DNA of 64,000 nt from Promethearchaeota archaeon (GCA_016839765.1 JAEOTP010000015.1:64001-128000), one strand, 5' to 3'. Numbered from the stretch's first letter, positions 30,427 through 40,921 are shown. The notes: generated by a model not told the origin, from the letters alone. A program made the numbers and translations.

Positions 30427-33400
30427 ATGGTTAACATGAATAATCAAAACAAAGATAAGGATTCAAAAGAAAAGCTTGATGCAAATGATGATGAAATTCG
30501 GGAAAGTGATTTTGATACATTTTTTGCTGATTTAGATAATATAGAAGAGGAAATATCATCTGAAGCATATGAATTAGTAGTACACGCATTATCCTTAATT
30601 GAGGGGCATTACTATGACGATGCAATAGAAGTTTTACGTCAAGCAATTGGTTTATACAGTCAGATTAATAAAAATGCTGAAATAGAAGCCCTCAATAAAA
30701 AAATTTCTGAGATATATGTATTAAAAGAGGAATATTTTCGGGAAACTGAGACGGAAACAATCATTGAAGTATTTGAAAAAGAGGATGATAAGAAAGAATT
30801 CTTCAATAAAGCTTATGAGATAATAGAAAAGGGTAAAGAGTTTATGAATCTGGAAAAATTTGAGGACGCACTTGACAAATATGATGAAGCAATTGAAATA
30901 TTTCAAAAAATAAATAATAATGATGAAATTGAGAAGGTAAATAAATTCATTGAGGAATGCTACAATAAAAAAGCTGAATATCTTAAAAGGTCTAAAAAAG
31001 AACCCGTCCTTATACAAGAAACTATAAGAATCAAAGCCCAAACTGAATTGAGTGAAGAAGAATTAAAGCAACAAAGAATTATGGCATTTGAAGAAGCTAA
31101 AAGACGAGAAGAAGAAATATCGAATAAAGCCTTCGAAATACTAGGTAAAGCTTCTGAACTTGCTAAAATCCACCAATACGATCAAGCAATTAACTTATAT
31201 TTACGAGGTTCGACATTATTTGAGGATATTAGCTGGTTAAATGAATCTAAAAAGGTAAGAAATACAATTGAACAATTAGAAAAACAAAAAGCTAAATTTA
31301 ATGCAGAAATGGAAGTAAGAAAAGCCCAAGAAGAGAAAATACTTGAAGAACAAAAAGCAGCAGAAATGATTGAAAAAGCTCAAATTGAAGAACAAATCAG
31401 ATTTCAAGCTCAAGCAGAAAAATTAGCAGATATAGAAAAAAGGAAAAGGGAAGAGGAACTATTTAAAAATCAGATTACGGAAATGATCGATAATGCGGAG
31501 AATTTAGCTAGAGAATATGATTTAGCAATGAAGAAAGCAATTAAAAAAGGTTATTTATTAGAAAATTGCGTGTATCCAGAGGTTATGGCTATCTATGAAG
31601 AAGTAAAGAAAAAGGTAGCCGAGAAGGGTTGGATAGATCAGATAAAAATTTATACTAATCAAATAAGACACTACGAAGACTTATTAGATAAAGATAAAAA
31701 ATTACGTCAAATTGAGGCTCAGAAACTTGAAAAACAAAGGCAATATGAAGATTTACACAAAATTAAAAAAGAAGAAAGAATTTCAGACTTAGATAATGAT
31801 AGATTAAAAATATTAGAACAACAACGACGATTGGAAGATGAAGAAGAAGAATTTAGAAAAATGGTTGATCAAATGATCAATAATGCGGAAAAGTTAGCGC
31901 GGGAATATGATATTAGCTTTAAAAAAGGTATAAAGAAAGGGAATTTAAATTTTGAGTCAAAATATCCCGAGATTATAGAAAACTATACCCAAGCTAGAAA
32001 TTTAGTCTTAGAGAAAGGATTAGATAGAGAAGGAGCTATCTATTCGAACCAAATCCGTAAATATTCAGATTTATTTGAAAAAGAGAAGAATGTACGAGAA
32101 TTAGAAGCCCAAAAAGCTAAAAAACAATTAGAATTTGAAGAAATGAAAAAAGTAAAAAAAGAGGGTGAGATTCTTGGAACAGATACTCAAAAAATTAAAC
32201 AAATTGAAGCAAAAAAGAAATTAGAACAAGCTGAAGAAATCTTTGAAACTGAAATTGATCAAATGATAGATGTTGCAGAAAAAGAAGCACGAGAATATGA
32301 ACTTGCTATTAAACGCGGTAAATTTGAAAATGAATGCCCCTATCCTAAAATTATTGAAATTTATAAAAATATTAGAGAAAGAGTCTATGCAAAAGGTTGG
32401 ACTGAGGAAGCAAAACTCTATACTAATCAAATTATACTTCATCAAGAAAAATTAAAAAAAGATAAAAATTTGCGTGAATTAGAAGTAGAAAAAGTAAGAA
32501 AACAGCAAGAATTTAAAGAATCATTTAAGAAACCTAAAATGGTTAAACTACCAAAAATGGCTAAATTAGAAGAAATTGAAAAGAGAGATACGCAGGATGA
32601 ACAGTTGCTAGATGAAGCAATGATTCTTATAAATGAGGCTGAGAATGAGGTAAAAAGTTATGAATTAAGCTTGAAAAAAGACATTCTTATTTACCAAAGT
32701 CCTTATGATAAAGCTATTTCTAATTATAAAAGAGCAAGAAATCTATTTAAACAAGTAGGATGGTCAGAAGAAGCACATAGATTACTTAACACCATCAACT
32801 TTTACAAAGAGAAGAAAGCAAGAGATGATAATTTAAGAGAAATTGAAAAACAAAAATTAAAAAAAGTAAAATTAGAGGAAGCAAGAGCTAAATATATACC
32901 TGAACAAGAACCATTTGCTAGAGAGCAAAAAATTATCGATCTTGAAAAGTTTAAGAAAGAGAAGACTAAAGATTCTGAAGCTATATTTAATTTAATCAAT
33001 AAAGCTGAGAGATTGGCTCAAGAATATGAAGTTAAAAAGAAGGATGGAATTTTAAATATTGATTCTCCATTTCAAGAAATAATTAATATTTATAAAGATG
33101 CGAAAGAACGGTTTGTAGTAATAGGATGGAATGAACAAGCAGGGCAATTAACTAATTCAATTAATTATTATAAAGAAAAATTAGAAGCAGATAACAGATT
33201 GAGAGCTTTAGAAACTCAAAAGTTAGAGCAAGAAAAGAAAAAAGAAACAAAAAGAAAGTTAGAAACACAATTAGCACGAGAAGCTGAAGCTGAGTTATTG
33301 AAGCAAAAAACACAATCGCTCGATTTAAAAAGAAAGCAAGCTTTAGAGTATGAAGCAAAAAAAGAGCAAGCTTTCAATTTCATGGATCTAGCAAAAAAAG

Positions 33401-34557
33401 AAATGAAGCATAATAAATTTGAGAAAGCTATAAGATTTTATAAAGATAGTGAAAAAATCTTTGCTGAAATCAATTGGCCAGAAGGAATACGGATGGTAAA
33501 CGAGTCTATAAAAGTAATAAAAAAGAAAGAGGAAGCTATTGAAAGAGATAAGAAGATTTTAAGACAAAAAGAAGAGGTGAAGTTGAAGATGGAAGCCCAA
33601 TTGGAGGAACAAATTACCAAAGCTCAAGATCTTAAAGATTTGCAAGAAAAAAAACGAAGAAAAGAGATATTAGCAATACAACAACAGCAAGAATATGAAA
33701 AAGGAGTATCAGAACAAGCATATAGGTTATTAGAAGATGGAACTGCATTAAAAAAGATAAAGAAATTTGAGGAAGCTTATGAAAAATATATTATGGGAAG
33801 AAATCTCTTTGAAAAAATTGGTTGGGTCCATGAGGTTAGTCGTATTAACAATGATCTTTTATTTATTCTTAAAAAGGAGATGAAACAAACAGAAAAAATC
33901 AGAGCCATGCAAAAACGGAAACTAGAAGAAGAAAAAGAGCTTGAAGTTCTATTAAAGGAGGCTGAAGAAAAACGTAAAGAACTTGAAAAAGTTAAAAAAG
34001 AAGAAAAAAGAAAGCAGAGAGAATTAATTATACAAGAAAAACTAGATGAGGCAAATAATATTATAAAAGATTTGAAATATAACGAAGCAATCTTAAAATT
34101 CAAAAAGGTTATTAGAAAATTGGAAAAAATCGGTCAAAAAAAACAAATAAAACAAATAAATAAACAAATTGAGGTATTAAAGAATGCTAGTCAAGTCCCT
34201 TTAATTACTGTGGATGATGTTGAGAGTAATGAAAATATGGGTAAATTTAAAATTACTTATGAGGCTTTAGATAGAGCACAGATATCTTTATCGGGAAATC
34301 AATTTATGAAAGCTATCTCAGAACTAAACGAAGCTAACTTCAATTTAAAAGAGACGATCATTGGAACAAAATATATTCCGATAATTAAAGAGAAAATTAA
34401 TGCTTTTAAGAAAGAATTAGGTATTAAAGTAGAAACAGAAGAGAAGGTGAAAATTGAAAAAGCTGAGGATGAAGAAGATTTTCTGAGAGTAAAAATCGCT
34501 GCTCGAAGAGCCGAACGTAGAAAAAGAATAAAAGATTTGTTAGAAAAAAAGGAATAA
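30427..34557 (+). CDS. Large helical-repeat/coiled-coil protein (TPR/MIT-like modules with charged linkers)
   Basis: About 10 modules ending ...A...Y..A...F....W..E and five copies of I..AE..A.EY...Y..II..Y......GW......N.I..Y..K...D..LR.LE..K; E/K-rich spacers. Confidence 0.85.
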   Translation: MVNMNNQNKDKDSKEKLDANDDEIRESDFDTFFADLDNIEEEISSEAYELVVHALSLIEGHYYDDAIEVLRQAIGLYSQINKNAEIEALNKKISEIYVLKEEYFRETETETIIEVFEKEDDKKEFFNKAYEIIEKGKEFMNLEKFEDALDKYDEAIEIFQKINNNDEIEKVNKFIEECYNKKAEYLKRSKKEPVLIQETIRIKAQTELSEEELKQQRIMAFEEAKRREEEISNKAFEILGKASELAKIHQYDQAINLYLRGSTLFEDISWLNESKKVRNTIEQLEKQKAKFNAEMEVRKAQEEKILEEQKAAEMIEKAQIEEQIRFQAQAEKLADIEKRKREEELFKNQITEMIDNAENLAREYDLAMKKAIKKGYLLENCVYPEVMAIYEEVKKKVAEKGWIDQIKIYTNQIRHYEDLLDKDKKLRQIEAQKLEKQRQYEDLHKIKKEERISDLDNDRLKILEQQRRLEDEEEEFRKMVDQMINNAEKLAREYDISFKKGIKKGNLNFESKYPEIIENYTQARNLVLEKGLDREGAIYSNQIRKYSDLFEKEKNVRELEAQKAKKQLEFEEMKKVKKEGEILGTDTQKIKQIEAKKKLEQAEEIFETEIDQMIDVAEKEAREYELAIKRGKFENECPYPKIIEIYKNIRERVYAKGWTEEAKLYTNQIILHQEKLKKDKNLRELEVEKVRKQQEFKESFKKPKMVKLPKMAKLEEIEKRDTQDEQLLDEAMILINEAENEVKSYELSLKKDILIYQSPYDKAISNYKRARNLFKQVGWSEEAHRLLNTINFYKEKKARDDNLREIEKQKLKKVKLEEARAKYIPEQEPFAREQKIIDLEKFKKEKTKDSEAIFNLINKAERLAQEYEVKKKDGILNIDSPFQEIINIYKDAKERFVVIGWNEQAGQLTNSINYYKEKLEADNRLRALETQKLEQEKKKETKRKLETQLAREAEAELLKQKTQSLDLKRKQALEYEAKKEQAFNFMDLAKKEMKHNKFEKAIRFYKDSEKIFAEINWPEGIRMVNESIKVIKKKEEAIERDKKILRQKEEVKLKMEAQLEEQITKAQDLKDLQEKKRRKEILAIQQQQEYEKGVSEQAYRLLEDGTALKKIKKFEEAYEKYIMGRNLFEKIGWVHEVSRINNDLLFILKKEMKQTEKIRAMQKRKLEEEKELEVLLKEAEEKRKELEKVKKEEKRKQRELIIQEKLDEANNIIKDLKYNEAILKFKKVIRKLEKIGQKKQIKQINKQIEVLKNASQVPLITVDDVESNENMGKFKITYEALDRAQISLSGNQFMKAISELNEANFNLKETIIGTKYIPIIKEKINAFKKELGIKVETEEKVKIEKAEDEEDFLRVKIAARRAERRKRIKDLLEKKE

Positions 34558-34603
34558 TTAGTTCTTTATTTAATTGAATCATAAGAAGAAAAAAAGAAAA
34601 AAA

Positions 34604-34819
34604 TTATATTAATTCTTGAATTTGGTTTTCTATATCTGTTTGGATAATACTAGGATTGAGATTCCTTTTTACAGATTCTTCTATTAGATATTCTGTTTTT
34701 ATTAAATCTCTAATCCCCACTCGTATAGCTTCTGAGCGATTTGGGAACTTACCTTCTGCAACTAGTATCTCTAAAACTTTTAAATATGATTCTGGCAAAT
34801 TAACTGAGATTAACCTCAT
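34604..34819 (-). CDS. Ribbon-helix-helix (CopG-type) regulator, CdrS-like
   Basis: ISVNLP...L..LE.LV..G.FPNRSEAIR..IRDL; FPNRSEAIR is shared with archaeal CdrS. Confidence 0.85.
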   Translation of the reverse strand: MRLISVNLPESYLKVLEILVAEGKFPNRSEAIRVGIRDLIKTEYLIEESVKRNLNPSIIQTDIENQIQELI

Positions 34820-35105
34820 ATACTTTCACACTAGTATATCTGTTTATTTATATTTGATATTACTGACGTATTATATTATTATCACGCTCATATATAAAGT
34901 TTTCAATGGAAAACGACCCCCAGAAATCCGACAAAAAAAACCTCACTATTTAAAATGAAGTTTACTTAAATTTGGTTAATAATTTTCTTATTTTAAACCA
35001 AGAAATTGAAATATTTAAATATTTTTTTATAGAATTAGAAAAATATATATATATGATATTATATGTAACATGTAACATAATATAAATTATAAGGAAAAGA
35101 TAAAA

Positions 35106-35429
35106 ATGTCAAGTATTCAAAATCAATTAAAAGATCATTTAGCTAAAGGCGCCGATTGGGAAAAGATGGAAACCCCAGTTCCAGGAGTATATGTAGTTAA
35201 AGTCCCTGCAACTAAAACAAGACCAGCATTATTATTTTTAGAGGTTAATCCATTAAAAGATGACGGATCACCTATGAAACGTAAAGGATTATTTGTAGGA
35301 TCTAAAGAAATGTTGATTAAATTCGGTGAAGCTTTAAATGATGATAAGGTTTTTCAATTAATTGGAGAAGTTGAAAAAGTTAATCCTAAAGAAACAAAAG
35401 TTAATTCTACTAAGAAGCTTGAAATGTAA
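35106..35429 (+). CDS. Conserved hypothetical archaeal protein
   Basis: Well-formed 107-aa ORF (DWE...T..PGV..VK.P, LEVNP....G.P.KRKGL); function unknown. Confidence 0.8.
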   Translation: MSSIQNQLKDHLAKGADWEKMETPVPGVYVVKVPATKTRPALLFLEVNPLKDDGSPMKRKGLFVGSKEMLIKFGEALNDDKVFQLIGEVEKVNPKETKVNSTKKLEM

Positions 35430-35566
35430 TTTCATTTATTTGTAAATTATTTTCTATTTTATTTCAAATTAATTATGTAAATCATTTAATTTTAAAAGAT
35501 ATGCTCTATTAATAATTTAAAGAACAGTTATTATTAATACGTATTTAATAAAAGCGAGGAGAAAAA

Positions 35567-35848
35567 ATGACCGAGGATTTTGATGGAAAACACTGCCAGC
35601 AGTGCGGTAGTGAATCATTTCGGCTCGTACATGACGAGTGGATGGCCAGAGCATTTCGATTTGTTGAAAAAGGACAATTAAAAATGTGTGATAGCTGTGG
35701 TGCAAAATATTTGATTTGTCAACAATGTGGATCATTATTTACACGGGTACATCCAGCCTTAGAAGCATGGGAGGTCAACCAAAAGTGCGCAGTATGTGGT
35801 TATGAGGATCCTGAAGTAAAAGCTTGGGATGGCGTATCTGCTCGCTGA
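35567..35848 (+). CDS. Small zinc-ribbon protein (four CxxC)
   Basis: CQQC, CDSC, CQQC, CAVC; GAGGAG ribosome-binding-like motif upstream. Confidence 0.82.
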   Translation: MTEDFDGKHCQQCGSESFRLVHDEWMARAFRFVEKGQLKMCDSCGAKYLICQQCGSLFTRVHPALEAWEVNQKCAVCGYEDPEVKAWDGVSAR

Positions 35849-36064
35849 ATGGTTAATCCAAAATTATTGCATTACTAGTTATTTTCTTTTTCTTATTTTC
35901 TATTAACTTTTTGAATGGGTTATTAAATTTGATATAAATTGATTAACTGAAAAAATTAAAATTTATAAAAGATTAGGAAATAAGTAATTAATTAAAGGTC
36001 AAGTAAATTTAAATTTTGAAGGAGTATATAATATTTTATTATCCATAAAAGAAAAGAAAAAAAA

Positions 36065-36538
36065 ATGTCAATAAAAATAGATCTTGCCAGTCCTGAACAA
36101 ATTGATGCCTTAAGAAAACTTACTAGGCAGCTTGTGGAAGGGTTGGGCCAAGAATTTGATCATAAAAGATTTGATTGGGGCATCTCTAGGAGAATTTATG
36201 ATAAATTGCAAAGGCATGGAATATTAATTGCTATTGATGAGGATAAAGACGATGAAGTAATAGGTATGATTGTGGCTGAATTGCGAATTGATCCTTTTGG
36301 AACCTCTGAAGGATATATTAAACAAGTATTTCTTAAGGAGGATTATCGGGGAAAAGGTATTGGAGAATTGCTTATAAAAAAAGCCATTGAACATTTACAA
36401 AAAATCAAAGTTGAGAAAGTAAAGGTAAATATTAAAGAGAAAGCAAAAGTAGCAGCCAACCTCTATTCTAAAATGCATTTCAAAAAGGTTTATGAAGTTT
36501 TAGAATTGGATTTATCAAAAGAAAGATTTGACGATTAA
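36065..36538 (+). CDS. GNAT-family N-acetyltransferase
   Basis: YRGKGIGELLI acetyl-CoA motif and A.NLY.KM.F. Confidence 0.9.
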   Translation: MSIKIDLASPEQIDALRKLTRQLVEGLGQEFDHKRFDWGISRRIYDKLQRHGILIAIDEDKDDEVIGMIVAELRIDPFGTSEGYIKQVFLKEDYRGKGIGELLIKKAIEHLQKIKVEKVKVNIKEKAKVAANLYSKMHFKKVYEVLELDLSKERFDD

Positions 36539-36564
36539 ATAAATAATATTAAAAAGTTATAATT

Positions 36565-37542
36565 TTGAATAAATTAGAAAAACCCTGGGTAGAAAAGTAC
36601 AGACCAAGGAAATTCGATGAAATTGTTAGTCAAAGCATAGCAGTAAATAATTTACGTAAGTTTACTAATTCTGGAAATATGCCTCACTTGATTTTTTCTG
36701 GACCGGCTGGCACTGGAAAAACAAGCACTGCATTAATTATTGCAAGGGAGATGATTAAAGGGGAGAAGTATATTAGAAATGTGCTTGAATTAAACGCTTC
36801 AGATACAGTTAGAATGGACTATGTTAGGAGCGTAATTAAGGATTTTGTAAGTCAAAAAATGATAATAGAGGAAAATTCTTTAAAATTTATAATCCTAGAT
36901 GAGGCAGACAATATTCCAGGGCAAGTTCAGCAGGCTCTTAGGAGAATAATAGAACAAGCGTCTAGCAATGTTAAATTTATATTATTGTGTAATTATATTA
37001 ATCGAATTATTGATCCGATTGTTTCTAGATGTGCTGTATTTAGATTTGTTAATCTGCCTGAAAGTGAAATAACTGAAAGATTGAAATATATTACTAAACA
37101 AGAGAAAATTAAATTTCCACAGGATAAGCAGGAAATCTTCTATAAAATGCTTTTCTTTATATCTGGTGGTGATCTAAGGAGAGCAATTAATACTCTACAA
37201 ATGTCTGTAGCACTTGAATTAATAGAGAATTTAGATCTGAATGAAATTTTAAGAATATCAGGTTTCTTAGATAATACAACTTTAGATAAATTAATTAACA
37301 CAATTAAAACTAAAGATTTTAAAGCTTCTAAACAAATTATTGAGGGTGTAGGTAATTTTGATAGTCGCAATTTCATAAAACAGCTAATAAACGTCCTTCC
37401 CAAACTTAACATTAATCATCAAAATTTGAATTCGATATTATCATATATTGGTACTATTGATTATCGAGTAAATCAAGGTGGAGATAAAAATATTCAATTA
37501 ACCTCTCTTATTGCTGAAATAATTAAAAGTATTAATAATTAG
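36565..37542 (+). CDS. rfcS: Replication factor C small subunit 1 (TTG start)
   Basis: PWVEKYRP, GPAGTGKT, LELNASD, ILDEAD, Q.ALRR, SRC, GDLRRAIN. Confidence 0.93.
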   Translation: MNKLEKPWVEKYRPRKFDEIVSQSIAVNNLRKFTNSGNMPHLIFSGPAGTGKTSTALIIAREMIKGEKYIRNVLELNASDTVRMDYVRSVIKDFVSQKMIIEENSLKFIILDEADNIPGQVQQALRRIIEQASSNVKFILLCNYINRIIDPIVSRCAVFRFVNLPESEITERLKYITKQEKIKFPQDKQEIFYKMLFFISGGDLRRAINTLQMSVALELIENLDLNEILRISGFLDNTTLDKLINTIKTKDFKASKQIIEGVGNFDSRNFIKQLINVLPKLNINHQNLNSILSYIGTIDYRVNQGGDKNIQLTSLIAEIIKSINN

Positions 37543-37560
37543 CCTTTTATAGTGTTTTAA

Positions 37561-38607
37561 TTGAGTAAAGAAATTCCGATTTGGCGAGTTAAATATTTTC
37601 CAAACACATTAGAACAAATATGTGGAAGGGAGAAATTAAAAGGAAGGTTAAATAGTTTTATTAAATCAAACAACTTTCCTCACCTATTACTAGCTGGTCC
37701 AGAGGGTATTGGAAAAACCACTATAGCTACATTATTTTCAAAAGCATTTTTAGGTGATTTATTTAATCCAAATTTCAGGATAGTATACGCAGATATACCT
37801 CTGACAAGCGAAGAAAGGAAACAAGCTCGGACTGAAGCATATGTTTCAAAAAGCAAAATTGGGAGCTTAGCAGGAAGGACAATTACTACTCCCGCATTTT
37901 TACAATTGAAAATTAAACCATTTATCCAATTAAAAGTATTTGGAGGTGCTTCGTTTAAAATCTTAATTATAAAAAATTTTGAAGCGTTGGGTTCAAATCA
38001 GCAAGGATTTCGACGTTTAATGGAGAGTTATGGGACTAATTGTCGTATGATTTTAATCACAACTAACATTTCAAGTATTATTGACCCTATTATCAGTCGT
38101 TGCCAACTTTTAATAATTTCTGCAGCCGATTATACCTCGTTTAAAAATCTAATTCTTGATATTGCTAATAAGGAATCATTAATCGTTAAGAATAAAACGA
38201 TTGAATTGCTTTATAGAATAACCGAGGGTAAAATATCTAATGCTATTGATTTATTGCAACTAAGCAGCATAAATAGTAAAAATGTTGATCTAAATAAACT
38301 ATATGATAATTTAATTAGCTCACAAAACGAATTAATTAGAAGTTTATTATTATTATCCTTTAAGGGAGATTTTTCAAAAGCAAGAGAATTATCTCGTAAT
38401 ATTCAAGCTAGTTACAGATATACAGCTCATGAAATTTTTAAATTATTACTCAATGAGTTATTAAAGCTACCACTTAGTACGTTTAGCAAGTGTAAATTAA
38501 TTGATTTAATTGCAAACGCAGATTTTAGAGCAATTGATGGTTTAGATTCAGATATTCAAGTCTCTAATCTAATAGCTAAAATTTGTTATTTTTCAGAATT
38601 TATATAG
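37561..38607 (+). CDS. Divergent RFC small subunit 2 with degenerate Walker B (TTG start)
   Basis: W.VKY.P, PHLL.AGPEGIGKT; Walker B replaced by IIKNFEAL; Q..FRR.ME and IIDPIISRC retained; insertion in place of ELNASD. Confidence 0.85.
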   Translation: MSKEIPIWRVKYFPNTLEQICGREKLKGRLNSFIKSNNFPHLLLAGPEGIGKTTIATLFSKAFLGDLFNPNFRIVYADIPLTSEERKQARTEAYVSKSKIGSLAGRTITTPAFLQLKIKPFIQLKVFGGASFKILIIKNFEALGSNQQGFRRLMESYGTNCRMILITTNISSIIDPIISRCQLLIISAADYTSFKNLILDIANKESLIVKNKTIELLYRITEGKISNAIDLLQLSSINSKNVDLNKLYDNLISSQNELIRSLLLLSFKGDFSKARELSRNIQASYRYTAHEIFKLLLNELLKLPLSTFSKCKLIDLIANADFRAIDGLDSDIQVSNLIAKICYFSEFI

Positions 38608-38615
38608 GTGATTTA

Positions 38616-39977
38616 GTGCCAAGTAAGCTTAAAAAAAATATTCCTTGGGTAGAAAAATACCGTCCTCAATCTATTAATGATATGGCTTTACCGACAGCTA
38701 AAATTAAAGGGCATAAAGTAAAACTAAATGAAGATTTAAAAAATTTCATCGAGTATTTCTTCAAAGAAATAGAGCAAATTAATATTAAGAATAGAAAAAT
38801 TAGGCAATTTAATCGAACTCATCTGGAAAAAGAGCAAAAAGAGGTATTAAAAATTGCCCCAGAAAAAGCCGCAATCCTTCTTGAGGGGCCTCCAGGAGTC
38901 GGTAAAACTTCTATAGTGTATGCTTTGGCCAATGATTTAAATATGCAGGTCATCGAAACTAATGCCTCTGATACTAGGACAAAAGCTAACTTAGAAGCTA
39001 AGTTAAAAGAAACTGTAAAAACTAGAGGAATAATGGATTATATTATGGAAAGTAAACGTAAATTAATACTTATTGATGAGGTTGATGGTATTTATGGAGT
39101 TTCTGATCGAGGAGCATTACCTACTATTTTAAATTTAATTGAAAGCACTCAGTTTCCAATAATTTTATGTTCAAATGAATATAAACAGAATTTACAACCA
39201 ATATATAATAAAATTAAAAAGTATGAGATTAATCCTCTTCCAGATCAAGAAATTTTAAGAGTTGCGAAAAGAATACTTAAAGAAGAAAAGATTTCTGATT
39301 TAAGTGAGGAGGATTTACATTTAATTATTGAAAAAAATAATGGAGATCTTAGAGGAACCATTAATGATATACAAGCATTAAGTCAGGGGGTTATGGATAA
39401 AGAATATAAAGATTTAATATTGAAATTACACAGAGATAGTTATGAAGAGATTTTTAAATTAATAAGAGATTTATTTCAAAAAGTAAGAACCCTTAAGGAA
39501 GCTCGCGGTTTAACTGATAAATCTGATGTTGATTATAACTTTCTTTATAAATGGGTGAATGAAAATCTACCTAATTTTATTAATCTTAAGAATGAAATTA
39601 CCAATGCATATGATAATCTATCAATTGCAGATGAAATTTTTGGGAGAATAAGGAGAAATCAATATTGGTCACTTTTACCTTATTTCTACGATCTTTTTGC
39701 TGGGGGTGTTGCTTTATCCAAGTCTGATAAATCTTCCAAACCCGGATTTCGAAGAGTTTCCTTTCCTCGATATAGAACCTCTGGGTTTTTCGCAGTAACA
39801 GCCACTGAAAAATTATTTACTGAAAAAATACAAGAAAAATATAATATTTCTGAGAGGGAAATAATTCAGGATTTTCTCCCATTTTTAAGGACACTTTGTA
39901 GAAGCTCAAGAAGACAGTTAAAAGAGATAGCAGAATGGCTAGAATTAGACGCAAAAGAGAAAAAATTATTAAAATAA
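38616..39977 (+). CDS. rfcL: Replication factor C large subunit (GTG start after AGGTGA)
   Basis: PWVEKYRP, GPPGVGKT, ETNASD, LIDEVDG, GDLRG.IND, WVNEN, LS.AD....RI.....W.L..Y. Confidence 0.9.
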   Translation: MPSKLKKNIPWVEKYRPQSINDMALPTAKIKGHKVKLNEDLKNFIEYFFKEIEQINIKNRKIRQFNRTHLEKEQKEVLKIAPEKAAILLEGPPGVGKTSIVYALANDLNMQVIETNASDTRTKANLEAKLKETVKTRGIMDYIMESKRKLILIDEVDGIYGVSDRGALPTILNLIESTQFPIILCSNEYKQNLQPIYNKIKKYEINPLPDQEILRVAKRILKEEKISDLSEEDLHLIIEKNNGDLRGTINDIQALSQGVMDKEYKDLILKLHRDSYEEIFKLIRDLFQKVRTLKEARGLTDKSDVDYNFLYKWVNENLPNFINLKNEITNAYDNLSIADEIFGRIRRNQYWSLLPYFYDLFAGGVALSKSDKSSKPGFRRVSFPRYRTSGFFAVTATEKLFTEKIQEKYNISEREIIQDFLPFLRTLCRSSRRQLKEIAEWLELDAKEKKLLK

Positions 39978-40243
39978 AGAAGAGTAATTTTTGAATTTAA
40001 TTATCTCTCCATTTATGAGTAGATGCAAATTTATATTTTATTGCTGAAATAATTATAAAGAATAAATATTTCAACACTTTCAATTAAATATATGCCCTTA
40101 TTATAGATAATATAAAAATATTCAATAGATTTTTAATTTAAAATCTTTTCGAGAATATAATTAAAAAGTTTTAACTACCCAAATTTTTTTAAATATTGTA
40201 TTTATAACTTCAATTAATACAAATCAATTTTCTTAAGCTTAAA

Positions 40244-40921
40244 ATGCAAGTTAAAATAAAAGAAACCAAAGAAAAAGAGGCTAAGAGATCGATTAGGTCT
40301 CAAACTACTTTGCAAATTTCCGGAGCCGCCTTATTTGGTGCTCTTTCAATTGTTGTTGGAGCATTAATAACTCCAACTTTGACTGAATTACTAAGAGTTC
40401 CAGGTTGGCATATTGCAATCATTGATTTAATATCTTTAATATGGGTTACATGTTTCTTTTTATTTGGGGAAAAAGCAGGATTATTATGTTGTGTAATTGG
40501 TGCATTAGGATTAATGCCATTTGATACTACAGCACCTATAGGGCCTTTAATGAAGCTAGCAGCTACTGTTTCTTTAATAATTGTCCCAATTTTGTTTTTA
40601 AAATTGTATAGAAAGGAAGAAGGAATAAGAAAAAGTCAAAAATTGAAAAATCCCCGAAATATTATTATTTATGGATTATTAGGTACAGCACTTCGAATTA
40701 TTATTATGCTCTTATTAAACATTTTAATAGGTTTGACAATTTATTCAATGTTTCTTGATTCTATCACACTTGAGTTTATGGGCTTACCAGGAATTACTGG
40801 CATAACGGCAATTATTATTGGAGCTCCGATAATTAATGCTTGGCAAAGTGGCTTAGATTTAATTATTCCTTATATAATTGTATTTGGGACTAAACTTGAT
40901 CAAAAGTACGAAATTTGGTAA
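40244..40921 (+). CDS. Membrane protein, ECF-transporter S-component-like
   Basis: About 6 TM segments; ALFGALSI, ..ID....W..FF.FG...G and GP.MK..AT pattern. Confidence 0.6.
   Translation: MQVKIKETKEKEAKRSIRSQTTLQISGAALFGALSIVVGALITPTLTELLRVPGWHIAIIDLISLIWVTCFFLFGEKAGLLCCVIGALGLMPFDTTAPIGPLMKLAATVSLIIVPILFLKLYRKEEGIRKSQKLKNPRNIIIYGLLGTALRIIIMLLLNILIGLTIYSMFLDSITLEFMGLPGITGITAIIIGAPIINAWQSGLDLIIPYIIVFGTKLDQKYEIW

Noticed and set aside
30431-34103. Several antisense ORFs (F/S/L-rich) within the large repeat gene, and similar shadow ORFs inside polB2, the ligases, clpB, dnaJ and dnaK
   Set aside because: They fully overlap well-supported genes and reflect the codon bias of the real frame.
35846-35878. 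Possible selenocysteine read-through at TGA stops (e.g. the zinc-ribbon gene)
   Set aside because: The TGA is not at a Cys-equivalent position, the downstream frame closes quickly, and no SECIS-like hairpin was recognised.
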